Source of the DNA: a virus
Lineage: Duplodnaviria; Heunggongvirae; Uroviricota; Caudoviricetes
Length of the DNA stretch: 46,725 nt
Direction: 5' to 3' (one strand)
Virus record (IMG/VR): IMGVR_UViG_2684622578_000003
The notes beneath the pieces were generated by a model. That model did not search any database, was not told the DNA's origin, and saw only the letters and a list, made by a program, of their open reading frames with translations. The first letter of the stretch is position 1; each line of letters opens with the position of its first letter. Position numbers and translations under genes: made by a program. This document shows, in pieces, positions 33,910 to 45,441 of the stretch.

Positions 33910-34653
33910 ATGACACAGACAGAATCAGCGATTCTGGCGCACGCCCGGCGATGTGCGCCAGCGGAGTCGTGCGGCTTCGTGGTAAGCACGTCGGAGGGGG
34001 AAAGATATTTTCCCTGCGTGAATATCTCCGGTGAGCCGGAGGCGTATTTCCGTATGTCGCCGGAAGACTGGCTGCAGGCAGAAATGCAGGGTGAGATTGT
34101 GGCGCTGGTCCACAGCCACCCCGGTGGTCTGCCCTGGCTGAGTGAGGCCGACCGGCGGCTGCAGGTGCAGAGTGATTTGCCGTGGTGGCTGGTCTGCCGG
34201 GGGACGATTCATAAGTTCCGCTGTGTGCCGCATCTCACCGGGCGGCGCTTTGAGCACGGTGTGACGGACTGTTACACACTGTTCCGGGATGCTTATCATC
34301 TGGCGGGGATTGAGATGCCGGACTTTCATCGTGAGGATGACTGGTGGCGTAACGGCCAGAATCTCTATCTGGATAATCTGGAGGCGACGGGGCTGTATCA
34401 GGTGCCGTTGTCAGCGGCACAGCCGGGCGATGTGCTGCTGTGCTGTTTTGGTTCATCAGTGCCGAATCACGCCGCAATTTACTGCGGCGACGGCGAGCTG
34501 CTGCACCATATTCCTGAACAACTGAGCAAACGAGAGAGGTACACCGACAAATGGCAGCGACGCACACACTCCCTCTGGCGTCACCGGGCATGGCGCGCAT
34601 CTGCCTTTACGGGGATTTACAACGATTTGGTCGCCGCATCGACCTTCGTGTGA
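33910..34653 (+). CDS. K: Tail assembly protein K (JAB/MPN and NlpC/P60-like)
   Basis: 247 aa with HSHPGG motif; lambda gpK-like. Confidence 0.9.
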   Translation: MTQTESAILAHARRCAPAESCGFVVSTSEGERYFPCVNISGEPEAYFRMSPEDWLQAEMQGEIVALVHSHPGGLPWLSEADRRLQVQSDLPWWLVCRGTIHKFRCVPHLTGRRFEHGVTDCYTLFRDAYHLAGIEMPDFHREDDWWRNGQNLYLDNLEATGLYQVPLSAAQPGDVLLCCFGSSVPNHAAIYCGDGELLHHIPEQLSKRERYTDKWQRRTHSLWRHRAWRASAFTGIYNDLVAASTFV

Positions 34654-35222
34654 AAACGGGGGCTGAAGCCATCCGGGCACTGGCCACACAGCTCCCGGCG
34701 TTTCGTCAGAAACTGAGCGACGGCTGGTATCAGGTACGGATTGCCGGGCGGGACGTCAGCACGTCCGGGTTAACGGCGCAGTTACATGAGACTCTGCCTG
34801 ATGGCGCTGTGATTCATATTGTTCCCAGAGTCGCCGGGGCCAAGTCAGGTGGCGTATTCCAGATTGTCCTGGGGGCTGCCGCCATTGCCGGATCATTCTT
34901 TACCGCCGGAGCCACCCTTGCAGCATGGGGGGCAGCCATTGGGGCCGGTGGTATGACCGGCATCCTGTTTTCTCTCGGTGCCAGTATGGTGCTCGGTGGT
35001 GTGGCGCAGATGCTGGCACCGAAAGCCAGAACTCCCCGTACACAGACAACGGATAACGGTAAGCAGAACACCTATTTCTCCTCACTGGATAACATGGTTG
35101 CCCAGGGCAATGTTCTGCCTGTTCTGTACGGGGAAATGCGCGTGGGGTCACGCGTGGTTTCTCAGGAGATCAGCACGGCAGACGAAGGGGACGGTGGTCA
35201 GGTTGTGGTGATTGGTCGCTGA
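34551..35222 (+). CDS. I: Tail assembly protein I
   Basis: 223 aa MAATHTLPLASPGMARICLYGDLQRFGRRIDLRV...; overlaps K 3' end as in lambda. Confidence 0.9.
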   Translation: MAATHTLPLASPGMARICLYGDLQRFGRRIDLRVKTGAEAIRALATQLPAFRQKLSDGWYQVRIAGRDVSTSGLTAQLHETLPDGAVIHIVPRVAGAKSGGVFQIVLGAAAIAGSFFTAGATLAAWGAAIGAGGMTGILFSLGASMVLGGVAQMLAPKARTPRTQTTDNGKQNTYFSSLDNMVAQGNVLPVLYGEMRVGSRVVSQEISTADEGDGGQVVVIGR

Positions 35223-35282
35223 TGCAAAATGTTTTATGTGAAACCGCCTGCGGGCGGTTTTGTCATTTATGGAGCGTGAGGA

Positions 35283-38200
35283 ATGGGTAAAGGAAGCAGT
35301 AAGGGGCATACCCCGCGCGAAGCGAAGGACAACCTGAAGTCCACGCAGTTGCTGAGTGTGATCGATGCCATCAGCGAAGGGCCGGTTGAAGGTCCGGTGG
35401 ATGGATTAAAAAGCGTGCTGCTGAACAGTACGCCGGTGCTGGACACTGAGGGGAATACCAACATCTCCGGTGTCACGGTGGTGTTCCGTGCCGGTGAGCA
35501 GGAGCAGACACCGCCGGAGGGGTTTGAATCCTCCGGCTCCGAGACGGTGCTGGGTACGGAAGTGAAATATGACACGCCGATCACCCGCACCATCACGTCT
35601 GCAAACATCGACCGTCTGCGCTTTACCTTCGGCGTGCAGGCACTGGTGGAAACCACCTCAAAGGGGGACCGGAATCCGTCGGAAGTCCGCCTGCTGGTTC
35701 AGATCCAGCGTAATGGTGGCTGGGTGACGGAAAAAGACATCACCATTAAGGGCAAAACCACCTCGCAGTATCTGGCCTCGGTGGTGGTGGGTAACCTGCC
35801 GCCGCGCCCGTTCAATATACGGATGCGCAGGATGACGCCGGACAGCACCACAGACCAGCTGCAGAACAAAACGCTCTGGTCGTCATACACCGAAATCATC
35901 GATGTGAAACAGTGCTACCCGAACATGGCACTGGTCGGCGTGCAGGTGGATTCGGAGCAGTTCGGCAGCCAGCAGGTGAGCCGTAATTATCATCTGCGCG
36001 GGCGCATTCTGCAGGTGCCGTCGAACTATAACCCGCAGACGCGGCAATACAGCGGTATCTGGGACGGAACGTTTAAGCCAGCATACAGCAACAACATGGC
36101 CTGGTGTCTGTGGGATATGCTGACCCATCCGCGCTACGGCATGGGGAAACGTCTTGGTGCGGCGGATGTGGACAAATGGGCGCTGTATGTCATCGGCCAG
36201 CATTGCGATCAGTCGGTGCCGGACGGTTTTGGCGGCACGGAGCCGCGCATCACCTGTAATGCGTACCTGACCACACAGCGCAAGGCGTGGGATGTGCTCA
36301 GTGATTTCTGCTCTGCGATGCGCTGTATGCCGGTATGGAACGGGCAGACGCTGACGTTCGTGCAGGACCGACCGTCGGATAAGGTGTGGACCTATAACCG
36401 CAGTAATGTGATGATGCCGGATGATGGTGCGCCGTTCCGCTACAGCTTCAGCGCCCTGAAGGACCGCCATAATGCCGTTGAGGTGAACTGGATTGACCCG
36501 AATAACGGCTGGGAGACGGCGACAGAGCTTGTGGAGGACACGCAGGCCATTGCCCGTTACGGTCGTAACGTCACGAAGATGGATGCTTTTGGCTGTACCA
36601 GCCGGGGGCAGGCACACCGCGCCGGGCTGTGGCTGATTAAAACAGAACTGCTGGAAACGCAGACCGTGGACTTCAGCGTGGGTGCCGAAGGGCTTCGCCA
36701 TGTACCGGGCGATGTCATTGAAATCTGCGATGATGACTATGCCGGTATCCGCACCGGCGGGCGCGTGCTGGCGGTAAACAGCCAGACCCGGACGCTGACG
36801 CTCGACCGTGAAATCACGCTGCCATCTTCCGGCACCACGCTGATAAGCCTGGTTGACGGGCAGGGGAGTCCGGTCAGCGTGGAGGTTCAGTCCGTCACCG
36901 ACGGCGTGAAGGTGAAAGTGAGCCGTGTTCCTGACGGCGTTGCTGAATACAGCGTATGGGGGCTGAAGCTGCCGACGTTGCGCCAGCGCCTGTTCCGCTG
37001 CGTGAGTATCCGTGAGAACGACGACGGCACGTATGCCATCACCGCCGTGCAGCATGTACCGGAAAAAGAGGCCATCGTGGATAACGGGGCGCACTTTGAC
37101 GGCGACCAGAGCGGCACGGTAAATGGTGTCACGCCGCCAGCGGTGCAGCACCTGACCGCAGAAGTCACCGCAGACAGCGGGGAGTATCAGGTGCTGGCCC
37201 GCTGGGACACGCCGAAGGTGGTGAAGGGCGTGAGCTTCCTGCTTCGCCTGACCGTGGCAGCGGATGACGGCCGTGAGCGGCTGGTCAGCACGGCCCGGAC
37301 GACGGAAACCACTTACCGCTTCACACAACTGGCTCTGGGGAACTACAGGCTGACAGTCCGGGCAGTAAATGCGTGGGGGCAGCAGGGCGATCCGGCGTCG
37401 GTATCGTTCCGGATTGCCGCACCGGCAGCGCCGTCGCGGATTGAGCTGACGCCGGGCTATTTTCAGATAACCGCCACGCCGCATCTTGCGGTTTATGACC
37501 CGACGGTACAGTTTGAGTTCTGGTTCTCGGAAAAACGGATTGCGGATATCAGGCAGGTTGAAACCAGCGCGCGTTATCTTGGTACGGCACTGTACTGGAT
37601 AGCCGCCAGTATCAATATCAAACCGGGCCATGATTATTATTTTTACGTTCGCAGTGTGAACACCGTTGGCAAATCGGCATTCGTGGAGGCTGTCGGTCAG
37701 CCGAGTGATGATGCATCAGGCTATCTGGATTTTTTCAAAGGCGAGATAGGGAAAACCCATCTGGCTCAGGAGCTGTGGACGCAGATTGATAACGGTCAGC
37801 TTGCGCCTGACCTGACTGAAATCAGGACGTCCATAACGGATGTCAGCAATGAAATAACACAGACCGTCAATAAGAAACTGGAAGACCAGAGTGCAGCGAT
37901 CCAGCAGATACAGAAGGTTCAGGTTGATACAAATAATAACCTGAACAGCATGTGGGCAGTGAAGCTGCAGCAGATGCAGGACGGACGCCTTTATATTGCG
38001 GGTATCGGTGCCGGTATTGAGAACACCCCCGACGGCATGCAGAGTCAGGTGCTGCTGGCGGCAGACAGGATTGCGATGATTAATCCTGCAAATGGCAACA
38101 CAAAACCGATGTTTGTTGGTCAGGGTGATCAGATATTCATGAACGACGTGTTCCTGAAACGCCTGACGGCTCCCACCATTACCAGCGGTGGAAATCCGCC

Positions 38201-38762
38201 GGCATTTTCCCTGACACCAGACGGAAAGCTGACCGCTAAAAATGCGGATATCAGTGGCAGTGTGAATGCGAACGCCGGGACGCTCAACAATGTCACGATT
38301 AATGAAAACTGTCAGATTAAGGGGAAACTGTCAGCCAATCAGATTGAAGGCGATATTGTCAAAACAGTGGGTAAGGCTTTCCCGCGGGACTCCCGGGCAC
38401 CGGAGCGGTGGCCATCAGGGACCATTACCGTCAGGATTTATGACGATCAGCCGTTTGACCGGCAGATTGTTATTCCGGCGGTGGCATTCAGCGGTGCTAA
38501 ACATGAGAGAGAGCATACTGATATTTACTCCTCATGCCGCCTGATAGTGAAGAAAAATGGTGCTGAAATTTATAACCGTACCGCGCTGGATAATACGCTG
38601 ATTTACAGTGGTGTTATTGATATGCCAGCTGGTCACGGCCACATGACGCTGGAGTTTTCGGTGTCAGCATGGCTGGTAAATGACTGGTATCCCACAGCAA
38701 GTATCAGCGATTTGCTGGTTGTGGTGATGAAGAAAGCCACCGCAGGCATCAGTATCAGCTGA
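35283..38762 (+). CDS. J: Tail tip host-specificity protein J
   Basis: 1159 aa [37 protein letters not shown]...; N-terminal about 1000 aa match recalled lambda gpJ; C-terminal region differs. Confidence 0.95.
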   Translation: MGKGSSKGHTPREAKDNLKSTQLLSVIDAISEGPVEGPVDGLKSVLLNSTPVLDTEGNTNISGVTVVFRAGEQEQTPPEGFESSGSETVLGTEVKYDTPITRTITSANIDRLRFTFGVQALVETTSKGDRNPSEVRLLVQIQRNGGWVTEKDITIKGKTTSQYLASVVVGNLPPRPFNIRMRRMTPDSTTDQLQNKTLWSSYTEIIDVKQCYPNMALVGVQVDSEQFGSQQVSRNYHLRGRILQVPSNYNPQTRQYSGIWDGTFKPAYSNNMAWCLWDMLTHPRYGMGKRLGAADVDKWALYVIGQHCDQSVPDGFGGTEPRITCNAYLTTQRKAWDVLSDFCSAMRCMPVWNGQTLTFVQDRPSDKVWTYNRSNVMMPDDGAPFRYSFSALKDRHNAVEVNWIDPNNGWETATELVEDTQAIARYGRNVTKMDAFGCTSRGQAHRAGLWLIKTELLETQTVDFSVGAEGLRHVPGDVIEICDDDYAGIRTGGRVLAVNSQTRTLTLDREITLPSSGTTLISLVDGQGSPVSVEVQSVTDGVKVKVSRVPDGVAEYSVWGLKLPTLRQRLFRCVSIRENDDGTYAITAVQHVPEKEAIVDNGAHFDGDQSGTVNGVTPPAVQHLTAEVTADSGEYQVLARWDTPKVVKGVSFLLRLTVAADDGRERLVSTARTTETTYRFTQLALGNYRLTVRAVNAWGQQGDPASVSFRIAAPAAPSRIELTPGYFQITATPHLAVYDPTVQFEFWFSEKRIADIRQVETSARYLGTALYWIAASINIKPGHDYYFYVRSVNTVGKSAFVEAVGQPSDDASGYLDFFKGEIGKTHLAQELWTQIDNGQLAPDLTEIRTSITDVSNEITQTVNKKLEDQSAAIQQIQKVQVDTNNNLNSMWAVKLQQMQDGRLYIAGIGAGIENTPDGMQSQVLLAADRIAMINPANGNTKPMFVGQGDQIFMNDVFLKRLTAPTITSGGNPPAFSLTPDGKLTAKNADISGSVNANAGTLNNVTINENCQIKGKLSANQIEGDIVKTVGKAFPRDSRAPERWPSGTITVRIYDDQPFDRQIVIPAVAFSGAKHEREHTDIYSSCRLIVKKNGAEIYNRTALDNTLIYSGVIDMPAGHGHMTLEFSVSAWLVNDWYPTASISDLLVVVMKKATAGISIS

Positions 38763-38780
38763 ATTTTATAACCCATATAC

Positions 38781-38806
38781 GGGCGCCAGAAATGGCGCCT
38801 TTTTTA
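38781..38806 (+). terminator. Rho-independent terminator after J
   Basis: GGCGCC-AGAAAT-GGCGCC hairpin followed by TTTTTT. Confidence 0.65.
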
Positions 38807-38829
38807 TTGCAGAAAAGCGAGAGGTAATT

Positions 38830-39429
38830 ATGCGTAAAGTTTGTGCAGCCATTTTGTCCACAGCCATCTGTCTGGCCGTATCCGGTGCGCCTGCATGGGC
38901 GTCTGAGCAGCAGGCCACACTGAGCGCAGGGTATCTTCATGCCCGTACGAACGCTCCCGGCAGCGATAATCTGAACGGGATTAACGTGAAATACCGTTAT
39001 GAGTTTACGGACACGCTGGGGCTGATTACGTCATTCAGTTATGCCAACGCTGAAGATGAGCAAAAAACGCATTACAGCGATACCCGCTGGCATGAAGATT
39101 CCGTGCGTAACCGCTGGTTCAGCGTGATGGCGGGGCCGTCTGTGCGCGTGAATGAATGGTTCAGCGCGTATGCGATGGCGGGTATGGCTTACAGCCGTGT
39201 GTCGACTTTCTCCGGGGATTATATCCGCGTAACTGACAACAAGGGGAAAACGCACGATGTGCTGACCGGAAGTGATGACGGTCGCCACAGCAACACGTCT
39301 CTGGCGTGGGGAGCTGGCGTGCAGTTTAACCCGACCGAATCCGTGGCCATTGATATTGCTTATGAAGGCTCCGGCAGTGGTGACTGGCGCACTGACGGTT
39401 TCATCGTGGGTGTCGGTTATAAATTCTGA
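38830..39429 (+). CDS. lom: Outer membrane protein Lom (Ail/Lom family)
   Basis: 199 aa with signal peptide ([11 protein letters not shown]) and beta-barrel-like alternating pattern ending in GYKF. Confidence 0.9.
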   Translation: MRKVCAAILSTAICLAVSGAPAWASEQQATLSAGYLHARTNAPGSDNLNGINVKYRYEFTDTLGLITSFSYANAEDEQKTHYSDTRWHEDSVRNRWFSVMAGPSVRVNEWFSAYAMAGMAYSRVSTFSGDYIRVTDNKGKTHDVLTGSDDGRHSNTSLAWGAGVQFNPTESVAIDIAYEGSGSGDWRTDGFIVGVGYKF

Positions 39430-39455
39430 TTAGCCAGGTAACACAGTGTTATGAC

Positions 39456-39482
39456 AGCCCGCCGGTTCAGGCGGGCTTTTTT
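39456..39482 (+). terminator. Rho-independent terminator after lom
   Basis: AGCCCGCC-GGTTCA-GGCGGGCT hairpin followed by a T-run. Confidence 0.6.
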
Positions 39483-39487
39483 GTGGG

Positions 39488-42400
39488 GTGAATATGGCAG
39501 TAAAGATTTCAGGTGTACTGAAAGACGGCACAGGAAAACCGGTACAGAACTGCACAATCCAGCTGAAAGCAAAACGTAACAGTACCACTGTGGTGGTGAA
39601 CACGCTGGCCTCAGAAAATCCGGATGAAGCCGGGCGTTACAGCATGGACGTTGAGTACGGTCAGTACAGCGTTATTCTGTTGGTGGAAGGATTCCCGCCG
39701 TCACATGCCGGGACCATCACCGTGTATGAAGATTCTCAACCCGGTACGCTGAATGATTTTCTCGGTGCCATGACGGAGGATGATGCCCGTCCGGAGGCAC
39801 TGCGTCGTTTTGAACTGATGGTGGAAGAGGTGGCGCGTAACGCGTCCGTGGTGGCACAGAACACGGCAGCCGCAAAGAAGTCAGCCAGTGATGCCAGCAC
39901 ATCTGCCAGTGAGGCGGCAACCCGTGCGACTGATGCTGCAGATTCAGCACGTGCAGCCAGCACGTCAGCCGGACAGGCCGCGTCGTCGGCTCAGTCAGCG
40001 TCTTCCAGCGCAGGAACGGCATCAACAAAGGCCACTGAAGCATCAAAAAGTGCTGCCGCTGCAGAGTCCTCAAAAAGCGCGGCGGCTACCAGTGCCGGTG
40101 CGACGAAAACGTCAGAAACGAATGCGGCAGCGTCAGAACAATCAGCCGCCACTTCTGCATCCACCGCGACCACGAAAGCGTCAGAAGCTGCCACCTCAGC
40201 CAGGGATGCGTCGGCTTCAAAAGAGGCGGCAAAATCATCAGAAACGAACGCATCATCAAGCGCCAGTAGTGCAGCTTCCTCGGCAACGGCGGCAGGAAAT
40301 TCCGCGAAGGCGGCAAAGACGTCTGAGACAAACGCCAGGTCCTCTGAAACGGCAGCAGCACAGAGTGCCTCCGCAGCAGCAGGCTCAAAAACAGCGGCTG
40401 TGTCGTCGGCCAGTGCCGCGTCAACAAGTGCCGGGCAGGCCTCAGCCAGTGCCACCGCCGCCGGAAAATCGGCAGAAAGCGCCGCGTCGTCCGCTTCAAC
40501 AGCCACAACGAAGGCTGGCGAAGCCGCTGTACAGGCCAGCGCAGCAGCGAGGTCTGCTTCCGCAGCGAAGACATCCGAGACGAACGCGAAAGCGTCGGAA
40601 ACCAGCGCAGAATCCTCAAAAACGGCTGCCGCATCGTCCGCCAGTTCGGCGGCGTCATCGGCATCATCTGCGTCTGCTTCAAAAGATGAGGCGACCAGAC
40701 AAGCGTCCGCAGCGAAGGGCAGCGCCACGACGGCATCCACGAAGGCGACAGAGGCAGCTGGCAGTGCGACGGCGGCAGCTCAGAGCAAAAGTACGGCGGA
40801 ATCCGCGGCAACGCGGGCTGAGACAGCGGCAAAACGGGCAGAGGATATTGCATCCGCCGTGGCGCTTGAGGATGCGAGCACGACGAAAAAGGGGATAGTA
40901 CAGCTCAGCAGTGCGACCAACAGCACTTCCGAGTCACTGGCGGCAACGCCAAAGGCAGTAAAATCAGCCTATGACAATGCAGAGAAACGTCTGCAGAAAG
41001 ACCAGAACGGCGCTGATATACCCGATAAGGGACGCTTCCTGAACAACATTAACGCGGTCAGTAAAACAGACTTTGCTGATAAGCGTGGTATGCGTTATGT
41101 GCGGGTTAACGCTCCTGCAGGTGCAACATCTGGAAAATATTACCCTGTTGTTGTTATGCGTTCTGCTGGCTCAGTAAGCGAACTGGCATCAAGGGTCATT
41201 ATCACCACGGCAACGCGAACCGCAGGCGATCCGATGAATAACTGCGAGTTTAACGGATTTGTTATGCCTGGCGGCTGGACTGACAGGGGGCGTTATGCTT
41301 ATGGAATGTTCTGGCAATATCAAAATAATGAACGAGCCATCCACTCAATAATGATGAGTAATAAGGGCGATGATTTGCGCTCTGTGTTCTATGTTGATGG
41401 CGCAGCTTTCCCTGTTTTTGCGTTTATCGAAGATGGCCTGTCAATATCCGCACCTGGTGCTGATCTCGTTGTTAATGATACGACCTATAAGTTTGGGGCA
41501 ACAAATCCGGCGACTGAATGTATCGCGGCGGACGTTATCCTTGATTTTAAGAGTGGGCGTGGTTTTTATGAGTCTAATTCGTTAATCGTTAACGATAACT
41601 TGTCGTGCAAAAAACTTTTTGCCACAGACGAAATTGTAGCGCGTGGTGGTAATCAGATTCGAATGATAGGTGGGGAGTATGGTGCATTATGGCGTAATGA
41701 TGGCGCTAAAACTCACCTGCTGCTTACCAATCAAGGTGATGTTTATGGTGGCTGGAATACATTAAGACCGTTTTCTATTGATAACGCAACCGGCGAACTG
41801 GTTATTGGAACCAAACTGTCCGCAAGTCTGAACGGTAATGCATTAACAGCAACAAAGCTGCAAACGCCAAGACGGGTTTCTGGTGTTGAGTTTGATGGTT
41901 CCAAAGATATTACTTTAACCGCCGCGCATGTGGCTGCTTTTGCCAGAAGGGCAACGGATACATATGCCGATGCGGATGGTGGCGTTCCATGGAATGCCGA
42001 ATCAGGCGCTTACAATGTCACTCGCTCTGGCAACAGCTATATTCTGGTTAACTTCTATACCGGAGTCGGAAGTTGCCGGACCCTGCAGATGAAGGCGCAT
42101 TACAGAAATGGTGGTCTGTTCTACCGTTCTTCAAGAGACGGTTATGGTTTTGAGGATGACTGGGCAGAAGTTTATACCTCGAAAAATCTTCCACCAGAAA
42201 GCTACCCAGTCGGCGCACCAATCCCGTGGCCATCAGATACCGTTCCGTCTGGCTATGCCCTGATGCAGGGGCAGACTTTTGACAAATCTGCATACCCGAA
42301 ACTTGCAGTGGCTTATCCGTCAGGCGTTATTCCTGATATGCGTGGCTGGACGATTAAGGGCAAGCCCGCCAGTGGTCGTGCCGTATTGTCTCAGGAACAG

Positions 42401-42844
42401 GACGGCATTAAATCGCACACCCACAGCGCCAGCGCATCCAGTACGGATTTGGGGACGAAAACCACATCATCGTTTGATTACGGCACTAAATCCACGAATA
42501 ACACTGGTGCACATACCCATAGTGTTAGCGGTACGGCTGCTTCAGCCGGTGCACATACCCATTCGATGACATTTGTTTCAGGTGGTTCCAGTGGTGCTCC
42601 GGGAAGTGGATCACCTGATTATTCTAAATACAGTGTTAACACTTCTTCTGCAGGCGCTCATACGCACTCTGTATCGGGTACTGCTGCAAGCGCAGGTGCA
42701 CACGCACATACTGTCGGTATTGGTGCTCATACGCACTCCGTTGCGATTGGCTCACATGGACACACCATCACCGTTAACGCTGCTGGTAACGCGGAAAACA
42801 CCGTCAAAAACATCGCATTTAACTATATTGTGAGGCTTGCATAA
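39488..42844 (+). CDS. stf: Side tail fibre protein Stf
   Basis: 1118 aa; long Ala/Ser/Thr-rich repeat region (about aa 130-450) and C-terminal GAHTHS His-x-His repeats typical of phage tail fibre tips; followed by tfa. Confidence 0.9.
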   Translation: MNMAVKISGVLKDGTGKPVQNCTIQLKAKRNSTTVVVNTLASENPDEAGRYSMDVEYGQYSVILLVEGFPPSHAGTITVYEDSQPGTLNDFLGAMTEDDARPEALRRFELMVEEVARNASVVAQNTAAAKKSASDASTSASEAATRATDAADSARAASTSAGQAASSAQSASSSAGTASTKATEASKSAAAAESSKSAAATSAGATKTSETNAAASEQSAATSASTATTKASEAATSARDASASKEAAKSSETNASSSASSAASSATAAGNSAKAAKTSETNARSSETAAAQSASAAAGSKTAAVSSASAASTSAGQASASATAAGKSAESAASSASTATTKAGEAAVQASAAARSASAAKTSETNAKASETSAESSKTAAASSASSAASSASSASASKDEATRQASAAKGSATTASTKATEAAGSATAAAQSKSTAESAATRAETAAKRAEDIASAVALEDASTTKKGIVQLSSATNSTSESLAATPKAVKSAYDNAEKRLQKDQNGADIPDKGRFLNNINAVSKTDFADKRGMRYVRVNAPAGATSGKYYPVVVMRSAGSVSELASRVIITTATRTAGDPMNNCEFNGFVMPGGWTDRGRYAYGMFWQYQNNERAIHSIMMSNKGDDLRSVFYVDGAAFPVFAFIEDGLSISAPGADLVVNDTTYKFGATNPATECIAADVILDFKSGRGFYESNSLIVNDNLSCKKLFATDEIVARGGNQIRMIGGEYGALWRNDGAKTHLLLTNQGDVYGGWNTLRPFSIDNATGELVIGTKLSASLNGNALTATKLQTPRRVSGVEFDGSKDITLTAAHVAAFARRATDTYADADGGVPWNAESGAYNVTRSGNSYILVNFYTGVGSCRTLQMKAHYRNGGLFYRSSRDGYGFEDDWAEVYTSKNLPPESYPVGAPIPWPSDTVPSGYALMQGQTFDKSAYPKLAVAYPSGVIPDMRGWTIKGKPASGRAVLSQEQDGIKSHTHSASASSTDLGTKTTSSFDYGTKSTNNTGAHTHSVSGTAASAGAHTHSMTFVSGGSSGAPGSGSPDYSKYSVNTSSAGAHTHSVSGTAASAGAHAHTVGIGAHTHSVAIGSHGHTITVNAAGNAENTVKNIAFNYIVRLA

Positions 42845-43419
42845 TGGCATTCAGAATGAGTGAACAACCACGGACCATAACAATTTATAATCTGCTGGCC
42901 GGAACTAATGAATTTATTGGTGAAGGTGATGCATATATTCCGCCTCATACAGGTCTGCCAGCAAACAGTACCGATATTGCACCGCCAGATATTCCGGCTG
43001 GCTTCGTGGCTGTTTTCAACAGTGATGAGTCATCGTGGCATCTCGTTGAAGATCATCGGGGTAAAACGGTTTATGACGTGGCTTCCGGCGACGCGTTATT
43101 TATTTCTGAACTCGGTCCGTTACCGAAAAATGTTACCTGGTTATCGCCGGAAGGGGAGTTTCAGAAGTGGAACGGCACAGCCTGGGTGAAGGATACGGAA
43201 GCAGAAAAACTGTTCCGGATCCGGGAGGCGGAAGAAACAAAAAACAACCTGATGCAGGTAGCCAGTGAGCATATTGCGCCGCTTCAGGATGCTGCAGATC
43301 TGGAAATTGCAACGGAGGAAGAAATCTCGTTGCTGGAAGCATGGAAAAAGTATCGGGTATTGCTGAACCGTGTTGATACGTCAACTGCACAGGATATTGA
43401 ATGGCCAGCACTGCCGTAG
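42844..43419 (+). CDS. tfa: Tail fibre assembly protein Tfa
   Basis: 191 aa [48 protein letters not shown]...; ATAATGG overlap with stf. Confidence 0.9.
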   Translation: MAFRMSEQPRTITIYNLLAGTNEFIGEGDAYIPPHTGLPANSTDIAPPDIPAGFVAVFNSDESSWHLVEDHRGKTVYDVASGDALFISELGPLPKNVTWLSPEGEFQKWNGTAWVKDTEAEKLFRIREAEETKNNLMQVASEHIAPLQDAADLEIATEEEISLLEAWKKYRVLLNRVDTSTAQDIEWPALP

Positions 43420-43516
43420 GGTAAAACATATAAATTCTTTAATTAGATGTATCTTTCCATTTACGGCAAGGAAGGGGGCTTGGAAGACGTAAAGCATCTC
43501 ACACCGAGATTATTTT

Positions 43517-44107
43517 TTATATGTCAGGTGTCTGAAGTTTTGCTTTGGCTCTTAAAATGGTTTGCCGCGAGGTTTTGAATTCCCGGGCAATGGCACTTAT
43601 ACTTACACCTGACTTAATTCGTTCGAATACCACCTGTTTCTGTTCTTCATTTAACACAGGTGGTCGACCAAAACGTTTCCCTGCGCCGCGGGCTCTTACT
43701 ATCCCGGAATGAGTGCGTTCAAGTAAAAGGTCTCGTTCAAATTCAGCAACTGCTGAAATTACTTGCATCATCATTTTTCCTGTTGGACTGGTCAAGTCAA
43801 TGCCCCCCAATGCTAAGCAATGCACTCTGATACCTGTTTCGGTCAGTTGTTCCACTGTTTTCCTGATATCCATTGCATTACAACCAAGGCGATCCAGTTT
43901 TGTCACAATCAATTGATCACCACATTTCAGGCGAGCAAGCAACCGGTTAAAACCAGGACGCTCACTGGTTGCTGCTGAGCCGCTAATGTGTTCTTCGATT
44001 ATTTGCTGAGGTTTGATTTTAAAACCTGCACTTTCGATTTCCCGGCGTTGATTTTCGGTGGTCTGATCCAGCGTTGATATCCGACAGTAAGCAAAAATTC
44101 GAGACAT
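43517..44107 (-). CDS. pin: Serine recombinase, Pin/Gin/Hin-type DNA invertase
   Basis: 196 aa [25 protein letters not shown]... with catalytic Ser in the CRISTLDQ motif and C-terminal HTH. Confidence 0.9.
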
Positions 44108-44423
44108 AGTGAGACTCTATACGAAATTGGTGTTCATATCATAATGCATCGCAGAAAATAATTTTGATTATTTTTGTGCATATTTGTATGTACACGTTCG
44201 AAAATAAACGAATGCGTATGCAACCCCGTAATTTTGGTGAGACCCAAAATCGATTTTGTGAAAAATGGCTTTAACTCGGTTTGTTTTTCGAGTTCCGGGC
44301 GGACTCAAGGAAGAAGAATAGTGTTTCGTGTTATTTTAACCAGATTTTAAGTTGTTTGGTCGTGGAAAAGTGGAGCAAAATGTTGTTAAAGTGGAAAAAT
44401 GATAAAAAAGTAAGTTTATTATA

Positions 44424-44657
44424 TTACATTTTACCATTTAAATTTTGGTTGTCTTTAAGAACTGATATCGCTGTTTGTAATAATTCTTTGTTATCCAGCC
44501 ATGATTTTTTCTTTATATTTCCTTCAATGTAATCAAGCAATGTTCTGGTATTGATAGGTCTTCCCTGTTTTGCTACTTCCACTACAGCATCCCCTAGGAT
44601 AATTCTTACTTCAGGAAGCTGCGCAGGGAACCACTTTAGGGTGTCTTTTGATTTCAT
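44424..44657 (-). CDS. ydfK: YdfK/YnaE-family prophage protein
   Basis: 77 aa from MKSKDTLKWFPAQLPEVRIILGDAVVEVAKQGRP...; matches recalled YdfK/YnaE. Confidence 0.7.
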   Translation of the reverse strand: MKSKDTLKWFPAQLPEVRIILGDAVVEVAKQGRPINTRTLLDYIEGNIKKKSWLDNKELLQTAISVLKDNQNLNGKM

Positions 44658-45441
44658 GAAGATATTCCTTAAAATATTATTGATTTTCATTGCGATATTG
44701 TATGTCTGATTCAGGATATGTTGACTTATACATCGGTTTTGTCTGGGTTATTGGATATGCCAATCCCTAATTTTATTAGGGCATGACTAAAAATGCTGAA
44801 TATGATAAGGAGAGAAGTGATTATCAGTATGCTGTTCATATAGCCTCGAATTAGTAATGTGTTATATATGATATAGTTGACAATTTTTATCTTGGGTGTT
44901 CTTAAAGTTCGTAGATAAACATTGTCGTTTCAGGTATACAGGAATGCTAACAGGTGGCAGCAAAAATCAGGCGGTTATGGCGCAAGCTGAAGCGGCAACT
45001 GCAAACTATCTTATGCAGAGACTCTACACGGATTGGGTTTAAAAGTATACATAGATAACAGTTTTTATCTGAAAAAGAAAAATATCAAGGTGATATAGCC
45101 TATATGCCTTTGATGCGGAGGAATGAATGTGATGGGAGTGATGTATCTGAATAGTTGAAAAACCGCAGACACGCCTTATGCAAGAACGTGCTGCGGTTGG
45201 CTGGTAAATTTTTCGATAGTGTGAGTATTGAATGATTTCCAGCCGTTCTTGATTTTACGCATAAATCCATGAAAAAACTACTTATCTGTTGGGGAGTTTT
45301 TTTGGGGCATATATGGGACAGAAATAGGCCCCAGATAGACACTGAGATCGAACTTAGGATGCTTTTTAAAAAATGCAACTATCTGAAAAAACCTAGAAAA
45401 CGCCAAGGAAACCACAGGATGGGAAAAAACACCTGTGAATT

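Noticed and set aside
31495-33916. Minus-strand ORFs across H, M and L (31495..32025, 31971..32489, 32473..33138, 33104..33916)
   Set aside because: Antisense to conserved tail genes; compositions typical of antisense artefacts.
35883-37631. 582-aa minus-strand ORF inside the J gene
   Set aside because: Antisense to a well-supported, lambda-like J coding sequence; Arg/Pro/His-rich composition typical of a GC-rich antisense frame; no RBS context.
39888-40898. Long overlapping ORFs in alternative frames and strands across the stf repeat region (39888..40898 +, 39991..40740 -, 40086..40853 -)
   Set aside because: Generated by repetitive GCN-rich codons of the Ala/Ser shaft; extreme low-complexity translations; the stf frame is the only one continuous with flanking fibre sequence.
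39880-40900. Possible CRISPR-like or tandem DNA repeat array
   Set aside because: The periodicity is codon-level repetition within the stf coding frame, not repeat-spacer architecture; no CRISPR array found anywhere in the window.
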